DNA from: Oscillatoriales cyanobacterium CG2_30_44_21
Lineage (GTDB): Bacteria > Cyanobacteriota > Cyanobacteriia > Pseudanabaenales > Pseudanabaenaceae
Assembly: GCA_001873375.1 (NCBI GenBank)
Contig: MNZA01000129.1
Span: 1-52,737 of the forward strand
DNA: 52,737 nucleotides
Reading direction: 5' to 3'
A model generated the notes under the pieces. It did not search any database, was not told where the DNA came from, and saw only the letters and a list, made by a program, of their open reading frames with translations. The translations under genes were made by a program, and so were the position numbers. This document shows, piece after piece, positions 1 through 9,545 of the stretch (positions within the stretch are counted from its first letter, which is position 1; each line of letters starts with the position of its first letter).

Positions 1-40
1 TGCGGCGCTTCGCGCCGCAACGCTAATCTTTGGGTTTTAA
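1..40. repeat. Truncated hairpin repeat (GCGGCGC-TTC-GCGCCGC plus GGGTTTT flank)
   Basis: Same core as copies near 1480, 3604 and 24254. Confidence 0.75.
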
Positions 41-64
41 TTAAATAAGAATCACTTTAAAACA

Positions 65-1411
65 ATGCCAAATATAGACAACCTAGAGCAAACTTTTTAT
101 CAACTTGCCGATCGCCTTGTGGACAGCTTAGTAAGTGGTGAATATCTTACGATTAGCCTAGATAGTGAGCAAAGTCAATTTACGCGATTTAATAAGGCGA
201 AGGTTCGGCAATCGGGAGTAGTTGCTGATGGCAATGTCCGTATTTCATTGATTCATAATCAGCGCGAAGCCTATGCCGAATTTCCATTTACAGGATATTT
301 AGCAACCGATCTTGATTATGGTTTATCGAGCCTAAATTATCTGCGCCAAGAAGTCGCTCAGTTGCCCGAAAATCCTTACTGCGTCTTGCCGACTAACCAA
401 GGTTCTAGTCGAGAAGTTTATCAAGGCAAATTATTAGATCCTGAACAGGCGATCGCCACAATTCTTGCGCCACTATCAGGAATTGACTTCGCTGGTTTCT
501 ATGCATCAGGTTCAATTATTCGCGCTAACGCCAACTCCGCAGGGCAGCGACATTGGTTTGCGACCGACTCATTTTTTGTGGATTATTCGATGTTTGTGCA
601 AACTAGTTCGGGCGAAAAGGCAGTCAAAGGAATCTATGCTGGCAAAGATTGGCAATTGGATACTTATCACGCCCAAATAGAAACATCCAAACAACAATTA
701 GTTGCTTTGCAAAATCCCAGCAAAACCATTGCAAGAGGACAATATCGCACCTATTTTGCGCCTGCCGCCGCCGCCGATCTGTTAGGCTTTCTGACTTGGA
801 GCGCTGGCGAGTCTAGTTTGCAGCAGGGAAGTAGCGCTTTTTTTAAGCTAAAAAGTGAAGGGAGATCGCTTTCGCCATTGCTATCTTTGAGTGAAAATTT
901 TACCTATGGCAATGTGCCGCGTTTTAATAGTTTGGGAGAAGTAGCTCCCGAACATTTGCCGATAATTACCAACGGCAAGCTAGTCAATACATTGGTGAGT
1001 TCTCGGAGCGCTAAGGAATACGGCAAGCAGGCAAATGGCGCAGGAATGTCGGAATCCATGCGATCGCCTGAAGTTGCGGCGGGCGATTTACCCTTGAGCG
1101 ATGTTCTCCAACGATTAGGCACGGGCTTATATCTTTCAAATTTGCATTATCTCAATTGGAGCGATCGCACAGGTGGTCGGATTACAGGCATGACGCGCTA
1201 TGCCTGCTTTTGGGTGGAAAATGGTGAACTAATTGCCCCGATTGAAAACCTCAGATTTGACGATAGTATTTACGACTTTTTGGGTAAAAAACTAGAAGCA
1301 GTCACCGATTTTCGTGAGTTCATCCCTGAGACTGGAACCTATGAAAAGCGATCGCTTGGCGGCATATTGGTGCCAGCGTTGCTGATCAATAATTTTAAAT
1401 TTACGCTCTAA
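65..1411 (+). CDS. TldD/PmbA family protein
   Basis: 448 aa; SQFTRFN start, C-terminal 'LHYLNWSDR..RITGMTRYACFWVENG...ENLRFDDS' typical of the family. Confidence 0.9.
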   Translation: MPNIDNLEQTFYQLADRLVDSLVSGEYLTISLDSEQSQFTRFNKAKVRQSGVVADGNVRISLIHNQREAYAEFPFTGYLATDLDYGLSSLNYLRQEVAQLPENPYCVLPTNQGSSREVYQGKLLDPEQAIATILAPLSGIDFAGFYASGSIIRANANSAGQRHWFATDSFFVDYSMFVQTSSGEKAVKGIYAGKDWQLDTYHAQIETSKQQLVALQNPSKTIARGQYRTYFAPAAAADLLGFLTWSAGESSLQQGSSAFFKLKSEGRSLSPLLSLSENFTYGNVPRFNSLGEVAPEHLPIITNGKLVNTLVSSRSAKEYGKQANGAGMSESMRSPEVAAGDLPLSDVLQRLGTGLYLSNLHYLNWSDRTGGRITGMTRYACFWVENGELIAPIENLRFDDSIYDFLGKKLEAVTDFREFIPETGTYEKRSLGGILVPALLINNFKFTL

Positions 1412-1431
1412 AATTTGCTCCTTCTCGTAAA

Positions 1432-1547
1432 TATAGCTGTAGCCAGTCTTGTGAGGACACAAAACCCAAGAAACGAGTGGCGGCGCTTCGCGCCGCCACT
1501 CGTTTCTTGGGTTTTGGTTTGTCCCAATTCAAGTGACTATGGCTATA
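1432..1547. mobile_element. MITE-like element family 1 (TATAGCTGTAGCCA ... TGACTATGGCTATA) with central hairpin
   Basis: Imperfect terminal inverted repeats; related copies at 9356-9458 and 11384-11446. Confidence 0.75.
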
Positions 1548-1644
1548 GAAAGCCCAAATAAAGAAATGGCGATCGCCTCGCCATCAAAATCAATGCGATT
1601 AGTGACATAATGAATGGGAAACTTTAGAAATAACTGATAACTTT

Positions 1645-1983
1645 ATGGCAGACGGAAAAGGATTTGGATTTGGCTTAGGCAAAATGAAAGAAGCCTTCCA
1701 AAAAGCACAACAGATTCAAGAAGGCGCAAAGAAACTTCAAGAAGAGTTAGATGAATTGCGCCTAACTGGCGAATCTGGTGGTGGCTTAGTTAAGATCACC
1801 CTAAGCGGAAACCAAGAACCTCAAAGTGTAGAAATCGCTCCCGAAGCCCTCAACGAAGGCGCTGAAGTATTGTCAGATCTAGTACTTGCCGCTTTAAAAG
1901 ATGCTTACCAAATCTCCACTGCCACGATGAAGCAAAAAATGGAAGACCTAACTGGTGGGCTTAATTTACCCGCAGGTTTCTAA
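1645..1983 (+). CDS. ybaB: YbaB/EbfC family nucleoid-associated protein
   Basis: KAQQIQE...[14 protein letters not shown]...[10 protein letters not shown] motif. Confidence 0.92.
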   Translation: MADGKGFGFGLGKMKEAFQKAQQIQEGAKKLQEELDELRLTGESGGGLVKITLSGNQEPQSVEIAPEALNEGAEVLSDLVLAALKDAYQISTATMKQKMEDLTGGLNLPAGF

Positions 1984-2003
1984 TATATCGCCTTATGTTT
2001 CTA

Positions 2004-2059
2004 CCCTAAGGGAGATATAAAAAGCGTTGCCTTGCAACGCTTTTTATATCTCCCTTGGG
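2004..2059. terminator. Long hairpin after ybaB (repeat-derived, possible terminator)
   Basis: ccctaagggagatataaaaagcgttgc-ctt-gcaacgctttttatatctcccttggg. Confidence 0.5.
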
Positions 2060-2118
2060 ATTTGTTTGGTTAGTATTTGCTACTCAAAAAACAAGAATTT
2101 GCTCACTAAAATATTGCC

Positions 2119-2361
2119 ATGATAAATAACCCCGCATTGCAAGTACAGCGCCGAAACCAGCCAGCTGCGGTCATTCCCACTCAACAGCAAGTCTCGATCC
2201 TTGATTGGCTTGAGTCTACAGGGCGGCTAATTGCGAGAGAAGGTACTGAATCTACCTTGAAGTTTGATGATGAAGCAGAAGAGTTAAGCGAATTGATGCT
2301 TGGCGATGATCCTAGCTACGTTGATGATGATGATGATTTGGATGATGATGATGTTGACTAA
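2119..2361 (+). CDS. DUF3134-like small acidic protein
   Basis: NPAL...RNQPAAVIP...SILDWLESTGRLIAR followed by an acidic tail. Confidence 0.8.
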   Translation: MINNPALQVQRRNQPAAVIPTQQQVSILDWLESTGRLIAREGTESTLKFDDEAEELSELMLGDDPSYVDDDDDLDDDDVD

Positions 2362-2474
2362 AACATTTATGAGCATCAACGATGCTCATAAATGTTTCTA
2401 AGTTTTACAGCGACTTGCGCTCGAATCTGAACCAAGAATAAATTTGAAAACGTTACTTCGCAACGCTTTCAAAT

Positions 2475-2571
2475 TACTCGCTTCCCAGTGAAAAATTAGA
2501 CGTTGCGGCGCTTTGCGCCGCAACGTTAGTTCGTGGTTTTTAATGTCTAGTTTTATCGCGGGAAGGGAGTA
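2475..2571. mobile_element. MITE-like element (TACTCGCTTCCC ... GGGAAGGGAGTA) with central hairpin
   Basis: Terminal inverted repeat bounded by TA; internal cgttgcggcgc-ttt-gcgccgcaacg. Confidence 0.6.
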
Positions 2572-2629
2572 AATACAGAGATGGAGTAGTCATTTCTGTA
2601 TTTAGAATAAAATTTTCAGGTTAGTTTCT

Positions 2630-2863
2630 ATGGCTAAAAAGCAAAAATTTCCCCATTTACTTGGCTCAAAGTGGACTGCCACGCAGGAAACCTTTGGCTG
2701 GCGACATTTTGTCGTAGTCAATCGTAAAAATGAGGGTGAACTGGTATTTGCAGAAATTAAGTCAGCTTGTGACGAATCTGTGCGCTTTTGGCTAAATGCT
2801 AAAGCATTGAAAAGGCGATCGCTGTGGTCACCTGGTTGGCAAACTCTAAATGAGCAGATATAG
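2630..2863 (+). CDS. TIGR02450-like Trp-rich small protein
   Basis: LLGSKWTA...WRHFVV...W.PGW motif. Confidence 0.85.
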   Translation: MAKKQKFPHLLGSKWTATQETFGWRHFVVVNRKNEGELVFAEIKSACDESVRFWLNAKALKRRSLWSPGWQTLNEQI

Positions 2864-2962
2864 TGCTTTCAAACAAGCGAGGTACAAAGAATTATCTCCC
2901 CGCTGAAAATACTAAAAGCAGAAGTTTTTCTGCCCGCGTAGCGGGCAGAAAAACTTCTGCTT

Positions 2963-3094
2963 TTAGAAGCGATTTTCGTACTCAATCGATATACCTGTCC
3001 TACCGTTAGAACTGTAATTACTGCACAACAGAATATTTGTGTCTAAGCGATAACAGACAGAAAAGTTGGTGGACTGCATGGAGTCATTGATGAT
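2963..3094 (-). pseudogene. Orphan diverged copy of the last 43 codons plus stop of tamB
   Basis: Aligns without gaps to 3690-3821; 19 mismatches in 132 nt by manual count. Confidence 0.9.
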
Positions 3095-3154
3095 TGCTGT
3101 TAAGTTCTAAAAGTGCGATGTCAAACTTGAAAATCAATATTAGGAAAGTAATAA

Positions 3155-3406
3155 TTACTTACCACCAACAGTTCCATCGCCATCAAGATCGCGACCAATT
3201 AGATTTTCCGCAGCATCAACTGCCTTGCTAGCAGAGTCCTTAGCGACAGCGCCAACGTCCGTGTTCAAGACATCAGTAACTTTCTTAAAGTTCTCTTCAC
3301 CAACTACATCTTCAACTTTATCGGAGATTCCTTGGGCGATTTCGCCAGCTTTTTGCTGTAAGCCACTTACAAAGCCGCCTAGCCCAGATTGTTGTTCTTC
3401 GCTCAT
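3155..3406 (-). CDS. Small hydrophilic hypothetical protein with C-terminal DxDGDG motif
   Basis: 83-aa ORF with ATG start, upstream AGGA, protein-like composition. Confidence 0.75.
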   Translation of the reverse strand: MSEEQQSGLGGFVSGLQQKAGEIAQGISDKVEDVVGEENFKKVTDVLNTDVGAVAKDSASKAVDAAENLIGRDLDGDGTVGGK

Positions 3407-3559
3407 CTTGATTTAGTCCTAAATTAGATTTCTGTAAGCTTTTGAATTATATGCATATGAGAGCAAAAATAATGTTTTCCTTAACACTTTAAAATCCAAG
3501 CCCGTAATGGCGGCGCTTTGTGCTGCCATTACTAAAACCAAACAAGTTTTTCCGCCCGC

Positions 3560-3664
3560 TACAGTGCTTTGAGCTAACTTAAAACCCATAGAAAATTTTG
3601 AAAGCGGCGCTTCGCGCCGCTTTCAAAATTTTCTATGTACCCATTAAAGCCTCAATAGACTGTA
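3560..3664. mobile_element. MITE-like element family 2 (TACAGYGCTTTG ... AAAGCCTCAATAGRCTGTA) inserted in a hairpin loop
   Basis: TA at both ends; removing it restores the host hairpin; related copies at 17506, 25240 and 25572. Confidence 0.85.
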
Positions 3665-3689
3665 CGCGGGTGGAAAAACTTGTTTGGTT

Positions 3690-6600
3690 TTAAAAGCGAT
3701 TTTCGTACTCAATCGATATACCCGTACCACCATTAGAACTGTAATTGCCGCGCAGCAAAATATTTGGGTCTAGACGATAACGCACAGAAAAGTTAGTGGG
3801 CTGAGTGGAGTCATTGATGATGCGCTGAAGGGCGACCGAAAAGCTGTTACTGACATCGATCGCAGCTTCTGCGGACAGCCCTAACGTGCCAGAACGACTG
3901 CCCTCGGTTCCCGTTGTGACGGGGCTGAGGTTAAACTCAGCCAGATTGAGAGCATCGCCGATCGCATCTTGTAAGAAGTTCAGCACCGTACCGCCCGCAA
4001 AGCTAGCCAATGCCGAAGCGGGATCGGAACCTCCCTGCTGTTGCAGCACACCACCGCCAATCAGCGATACGATTTCGGCTTGACTGCGAGGTGGACTACT
4101 GGAGAGACGAATGTCAGGAGTTAAGGCTGTGCCTGTGACCGTTGCCTGTACTCGCAAGGTTCGCTGTGCGCCCAGATTGCTGACAGGGACTTCGTTAGGA
4201 CTAAATAAATCATTAGGACGATTGGAATTAATCGGTACGCGGGTAACTTCGGCAACGGCTCCTGATACGCGGACATTAAGCAGAGGGTTTAGCCCTTGGA
4301 TTGGTCGAAACTCCACAAAGTTTTCAAAGGAGCGATCAAGACGAAACCTCGTGGAAATCGCATTGAACTGTCCGCGTGAAACCTTGATCTTGCCCTCTGG
4401 TTCAGGCTTTTGGAAGGTTCCATTTACAACCAGATCTCCTTCTCCTAAGAAGTTGAATAATGGAAAACGAGTAACTTGCATATTCTGAAGTCTTACCGCA
4501 AGGCGATCAAATTTAAAATCTACGGTGTCATCGGGATTTTTGTCAGCGATGACCAAGTTGGGATCTGCGTCATTGCCGATCACAAACCTACCATCACCGA
4601 GCGCCACCTCACCTGTGAGAACTGGCGCTAGCAGAGAACCTCTGACAATGATACGAGTATTAAAGTTGTCGGAACTAAGGTCACGCACACTTAACTTCAA
4701 CTTGTCAGCATTAATTGCCAGAGCCTGCTGATAGTCGGGACTATCGACTGGCAGCAAGTCAGGGTTGCCAATGGGCAAGATTCCCATTAGGACTAGCTTT
4801 CCTTCGCTGAAGTTGCTGGTGATCTTGCTAACTAGGCGATCGCTATTAAAATCAATTTCGCCATTGACCTCCGTAAAGTCGCCAGGTAGACCCGCGACTT
4901 TGACTAGAGCATTGTCAATCAACATTTTGCCATCGATTTGGGGATTGCGAAATGTTCCCTTTGCCGTGAGATTGATGCTACCTTTTCCGCTTAACCAGCG
5001 CACTGGCTGATTAAAGATATTGATAAAAGCGATCCCTTCGTCTTTGACATTGAGAGCGACATCAAATAGACCGAGAACTCCAAAATCCCCTGAAGCAGTC
5101 ACCGATTCTTTGTCCTTGATGTTCATCTTGGCATTGAACTTAACATTCAGATTCTGATAGACAAAATCCAGTCCAATAAAGTCGATCGCCTGTCGATTGA
5201 CTGAACCGTTAGCAAGGCTCATTTTGCCATCTACTTTGAGATCTAACAATGTCGTCCCACTGATAGAGAGATTGCCATTAACTTTGCCTGTGAGATCAAA
5301 GGGAATGTTGCTAAAAAATGGTAAGGGTCGTAGTGACTCAATGGGAAAATCTTTGAACTCGACTTCGCCACTCTGCTCGCGAAATCTAAATAGAGGATTT
5401 GCCGAAGGGGTGATTCGCACTCTGGCATTGGTAATGCGCCCATAGCTTTGGTCGGACTGTAAGTTCGCATTGGCGATCGCGATTACACCATCGCCATATC
5501 CTCCTTTAACTTGAATATTATCAACTGCAAATTTACCATACTCAAATTTTTCGCCAACTAGATCAAAGCCAAACCGTAAGCCACGGCGCTGATTGAGATT
5601 GAAGGTAACTTTACCCTTGACATCGCCACGAAAGTCGGTCAGGGGTGGCAGATTGAAATTGCGATCGCTATCGACTATTTCTTGCTGTTCTTGGCGCAAT
5701 TCAATTTGAGTGAGATATTGCAGTTGCTTATAGAGAGGTTCACCCATGAGCATGATTGCTTGGAGGGGCTGCAATTGGGAAGCACTATTTTTAACAAAAC
5801 TAATACCCTGCGTGATGTCTGTAATGTTTACCCATTGCAGAGTGGCAAATAGATCCTGCATCTTGCCTTGGGTAATTTCAATCGCTCCCACAACTTGATC
5901 TTCGCTACTGGGATTGTAAGTAAGATTGAATTTGTATTCGTTATTGGATTCATTCTGGCGAACTAGTAAGTTCCCATTCTGAACTGTAAAAGTTCCATCA
6001 CTATAGGCTAGCTTTGCCGTCGCTCGCTCGGCGACAACGCGCCCAAAACGCGGACGGTCAATCGTTACATCACCGATCGCGGCAGGCTTTTCACCAAAGT
6101 CTACGGTCAGATTGCTAGACAGCGTCCCACTTACATCCTTTTGTCCCGATAAAGACGCGACTAGCGCCAAAGGTACATTGGCGATCGCTACTTGCAAGCG
6201 ATTAGGATTATTTTCTAGGCGCTTACCTGTGGCGATCGCCTCGCCCAGATTAACATTGAAGTCAATGGGTCGCAGTCCTGCATCCAGTCTCGCAGAAAGG
6301 CGATCGCGAACCCCGCGCAAATCCACATTTAATCCTTGATTGCCATCGAAGTTAAGTTTTCCTTCCAGTCTAGGATCGAAGGCTAATTTGTCAACGCGCA
6401 GTCCTGCTAGTAATAGATTGCCTGTAGCCTGTAGAACCCCACCAATGCCATTAAAAGCGCCGTTAAAAATAAGGCTATCGAGTTCCAATTGATTTACTTT
6501 TAGTCCCGCTACGCGCAAATTACCATCTAGTCTTGGCGCTGAAATGTCGCCCGAAACCGCGCCGTCAAAAGCTAAGGTTCCCCTTGACGGAGCGATTATA

Positions 6601-8831
6601 CCGAGCTTAGTTAGACTAGATCCAAAGGAAGGCAAACTGACATTATCTAGCTGTAAATCTCCAGCGATTCTAAGTTTGTCGATTGCTCCTGAGAGGTTGC
6701 CGCGAAAGTTGAACAGCCCCGCTGCTTGACTAGGAATTAAATTGGATAGAGAAGCTAAGCGATTGACATTGACATTGCGAGAAACAAGATCAAGATTGAT
6801 CGCGGCGATGCCTGTGGGCAGTTGACTGGGGCTGTTATTGGGAAATAGAAGATCGACTTTGCCATTTGCCGTCAAATAATTTCCCACTGCTAAGGAAGGA
6901 ACGAGTAAATTTTTTCCATCCCAATTTAAGTTTGCCGCGATCGCATCGGGAACTTCAGCTAACCCTTGCGGTAAGCGCAAATTAGCATCGCCAGTAATAT
7001 CTGCCAAATTGAAACTGCCGCGATCGCTGCGTAAATTGACAATGCCTTCAATAATTCCCTTTTGATTGAGCATGAAAGCTGATAGGGGAATTCCATTACT
7101 ATTTAATTGGGAATTCCAAGCGCCGCTGACGATATTGTAAGTACCTGCTAGCCCAATCTCGCCAATGGGAAACTTGATTAGCGTTTTGCGGATTGTCGCT
7201 AGCCCATTTTCTAGCAATACTTCGCCACGGGCGGGATAGAGAGCATTGGGCGCATCAATTTGGGCAAGAATTTGGGGATTAGTAAGTAAGCCTGTGATCT
7301 GCAAAGAGCTACTAATCTGTCCGATTGCGATCGGTAATTTGGTGTCATAGAGCTTGGCAAAATCTTCAGCGACACCCACTAATCTGGAAGTAAAAGTAAC
7401 TTCTGCGGGTTGATTTTTTTGTGGTAAACGAATCTGTCCTTCGCCGACAAGGTTTGCGCCTGCGGCGGTGGCTTGAACTTGCTTAATTTGCAAGGTATTT
7501 AAGTCATTCAGTTCAATAGTGGCTAAAAAGCGATCAACTACAACGCGATCAAAGCTCACCGTCTTGGGTGTCGTGATTTGCAAATTTAAAGAAGGCTTTT
7601 GGAATGTGCCTTTGAGCTTGCCTGCTAGCTTAACTTCGCCTGCGATCGCCACAGGAGTTTTGACATCGAAGCTCGCAATTCCTTTGGCAAGGTCGAGAAT
7701 ATTGCTGGCAAAATTGAGATTAAGCCCTGTTTGCTGATTAAAAGTACCATCAACCTGAGTGTTTAACAAGCCATAGTTAGCGGTGAACTCTCTAAAAGTT
7801 GCATCGTTACCATCAAAGTCGATCTGTCCTGAAACATCGGTGATGGCTTTGGTCAATTGCGGCGATTTAAAAGTACCTTCCCTCAGTTGAGCATTAACCG
7901 ACACCTTGGGATCTTCTTGCCCCGCCGTAATAACAAAACTTGACTTCCCATTTAGCTTGCCGCCTACAATTGTGAAGGGTAAATTCAAGGCAAAACCCTG
8001 TGTGGCGGCAATTTGCAGATCTTGGGATTGCACATCAATCTGCCCCTGTCCATTGGTGAGATCCCAGTCGATCGCAAAGTTAATATTTCCCTTGTCCCCA
8101 TCCTCAGTTGCCCTCGCGACTTCGATCGCCTTCTTGAGTTGGACGGGATTGGGGGGCGCGGCGATCGCGGCAATATTAGGCAATGTTACCTGTCCGTTGC
8201 CTGTCATTTTTAAACTTTGATTTTGAATATCAGTAATTTTCCAATTGCTATCGATCTGCAATTGGCTGAGGGAAACTAGCTCACCTTTTGCCACAGTTTG
8301 AATTGTCAATTGTGCATCGCTAAAGGTAACTGTTCGTAAGTCTATAGGGCTATCTTTCCGATTAGGATCGGGCGGAGCGAGTTTAGGAAATTGGATCGAG
8401 CCTGACGCATCTTGCTTGAGAAATACTTGGGGCTGCTCAGCGATCGCATCTAATCCAATTTGGCGGCGGGTGAGGTAGCTCCACAGATCAACCTTGACTT
8501 CAATGGCTTCTACTGCCAAAAAATTTGCCTCTTGGGAAGTCGGTGGCACAATCGAGCTACCAAACCTAACACTCGACCAACCGACTCTCTCGACTTTGCC
8601 TAACTGCAAAGGACGCTTCAGCGCTTTGCTCAACTCGGTTTGCAGGAGGGGAGATAGCTGCTCATTGAGAAAATAGCGCCCATACCAAAAAGCGCCCAAG
8701 CTAGTTCCTGTTATGGCGATCGCTAGCCCAATGCCGACCCGCCGCATATTGGTGGCGAATGATGATTTGGATGGTTCTTGCTGCGGTAATTGAGCCTGTC
8801 CCACAATATTCACTCCATAAAATGCCCACAC
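3690..8831 (-). CDS. tamB: Translocation/assembly module TamB (DUF490) protein; exact start uncertain
   Basis: 1713 aa, N-terminal TM, beta-rich body, C-terminal 'DIRLSSSPPRSQAEIVSLIGG'. Confidence 0.9.
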   Translation of the reverse strand: MWAFYGVNIVGQAQLPQQEPSKSSFATNMRRVGIGLAIAITGTSLGAFWYGRYFLNEQLSPLLQTELSKALKRPLQLGKVERVGWSSVRFGSSIVPPTSQEANFLAVEAIEVKVDLWSYLTRRQIGLDAIAEQPQVFLKQDASGSIQFPKLAPPDPNRKDSPIDLRTVTFSDAQLTIQTVAKGELVSLSQLQIDSNWKITDIQNQSLKMTGNGQVTLPNIAAIAAPPNPVQLKKAIEVARATEDGDKGNINFAIDWDLTNGQGQIDVQSQDLQIAATQGFALNLPFTIVGGKLNGKSSFVITAGQEDPKVSVNAQLREGTFKSPQLTKAITDVSGQIDFDGNDATFREFTANYGLLNTQVDGTFNQQTGLNLNFASNILDLAKGIASFDVKTPVAIAGEVKLAGKLKGTFQKPSLNLQITTPKTVSFDRVVVDRFLATIELNDLNTLQIKQVQATAAGANLVGEGQIRLPQKNQPAEVTFTSRLVGVAEDFAKLYDTKLPIAIGQISSSLQITGLLTNPQILAQIDAPNALYPARGEVLLENGLATIRKTLIKFPIGEIGLAGTYNIVSGAWNSQLNSNGIPLSAFMLNQKGIIEGIVNLRSDRGSFNLADITGDANLRLPQGLAEVPDAIAANLNWDGKNLLVPSLAVGNYLTANGKVDLLFPNNSPSQLPTGIAAINLDLVSRNVNVNRLASLSNLIPSQAAGLFNFRGNLSGAIDKLRIAGDLQLDNVSLPSFGSSLTKLGIIAPSRGTLAFDGAVSGDISAPRLDGNLRVAGLKVNQLELDSLIFNGAFNGIGGVLQATGNLLLAGLRVDKLAFDPRLEGKLNFDGNQGLNVDLRGVRDRLSARLDAGLRPIDFNVNLGEAIATGKRLENNPNRLQVAIANVPLALVASLSGQKDVSGTLSSNLTVDFGEKPAAIGDVTIDRPRFGRVVAERATAKLAYSDGTFTVQNGNLLVRQNESNNEYKFNLTYNPSSEDQVVGAIEITQGKMQDLFATLQWVNITDITQGISFVKNSASQLQPLQAIMLMGEPLYKQLQYLTQIELRQEQQEIVDSDRNFNLPPLTDFRGDVKGKVTFNLNQRRGLRFGFDLVGEKFEYGKFAVDNIQVKGGYGDGVIAIANANLQSDQSYGRITNARVRITPSANPLFRFREQSGEVEFKDFPIESLRPLPFFSNIPFDLTGKVNGNLSISGTTLLDLKVDGKMSLANGSVNRQAIDFIGLDFVYQNLNVKFNAKMNIKDKESVTASGDFGVLGLFDVALNVKDEGIAFINIFNQPVRWLSGKGSINLTAKGTFRNPQIDGKMLIDNALVKVAGLPGDFTEVNGEIDFNSDRLVSKITSNFSEGKLVLMGILPIGNPDLLPVDSPDYQQALAINADKLKLSVRDLSSDNFNTRIIVRGSLLAPVLTGEVALGDGRFVIGNDADPNLVIADKNPDDTVDFKFDRLAVRLQNMQVTRFPLFNFLGEGDLVVNGTFQKPEPEGKIKVSRGQFNAISTRFRLDRSFENFVEFRPIQGLNPLLNVRVSGAVAEVTRVPINSNRPNDLFSPNEVPVSNLGAQRTLRVQATVTGTALTPDIRLSSSPPRSQAEIVSLIGGGVLQQQGGSDPASALASFAGGTVLNFLQDAIGDALNLAEFNLSPVTTGTEGSRSGTLGLSAEAAIDVSNSFSVALQRIINDSTQPTNFSVRYRLDPNILLRGNYSSNGGTGISIEYENRF

Positions 8832-8936
8832 CTCAACATTTTTACATATCTTCTCCAGATACTCACAGCCACCGCATAATTTTGAAATTGTGGCTTCGCC
8901 ACAATTTCACCCAAGAATTAGCGATGCGCCATATCG

Positions 8937-9299
8937 CTAATTATTAGGTTTTGATTGATTAAGCAGCCGCAACTCTTGCAAGATCTCCTTTAACAATCGA
9001 TTGGTTTCATTTTGAGCCGTCTCCTGCACCTGAATTGTTACTTGTTTAATTTTCAAAACATCTCGCGCAAACCTTGACACTTCAGTTGGGTGAAACAGAA
9101 GCGGATCGCGATCGCTTTGCCGCAATTCAGGATTTAATCGCGTGGGATCGTAGGGTAAATTTAGCAGTCCCTTAGCGGGATCTGTATTGGCATAGCGATA
9201 AATAGAGGCGCGGGATCTTCCTAAAGCTTTTTGAATCTCTTCTACGTCCATCAGGTTATAGAAGCGATCGTTAGGCATTTCCGAGACAGATAAGGGCAT
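8937..9299 (-). CDS. Conserved cyanobacterial HTH-like protein (often annotated 'resolvase'); start trimmed from 9410
   Basis: LMDVEEIQKALGRSRASIYRYANTD...LNPE motif; the longer N-terminus is a translation of the repeat at 9356-9458. Confidence 0.75.
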   Translation of the reverse strand: MPLSVSEMPNDRFYNLMDVEEIQKALGRSRASIYRYANTDPAKGLLNLPYDPTRLNPELRQSDRDPLLFHPTEVSRFARDVLKIKQVTIQVQETAQNETNRLLKEILQELRLLNQSKPNN

Positions 9300-9355
9300 G
9301 ATCTTCTTGAGGATTTTATGAATTGCCGCTAGCATACGAGGGTTCCGCAATTTAA

Positions 9356-9458
9356 TATAGCTGTAGTCAGGCTTGTTAGGACACAAAACCCAAGAAGGAA
9401 GCGCCGCCACTTCCTTCTTGGGTTTTGGTTTTTTCTAATTCAAGTGACTACGGCTATA
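9356..9458. mobile_element. MITE-like element family 1 copy
   Basis: Same termini and GGACACAAAACCCAAGAA segment as 1432-1547, with a shortened hairpin. Confidence 0.75.
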
Positions 9459-9545
9459 AAGAAACAAATTTTTGATGGCGCAGCTTCACCGCTTTCTCAC
9501 TCAAGAATTAGCGCCGCTAATTCTTGGGTTTTAAGGCGCAGCTAG

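Noticed and set aside
2963-3821. DGR template/variable repeat pair
   Set aside because: Mismatches are not adenine-specific on either strand, many are synonymous, and no reverse transcriptase is in the window.
3886-8676. Many short + strand ORFs antisense to tamB (likewise within other long genes)
   Set aside because: Shadow ORFs with no recognisable motifs.
9300-9410. N-terminal extension of the 8937 ORF
   Set aside because: It largely translates a family 1 element.
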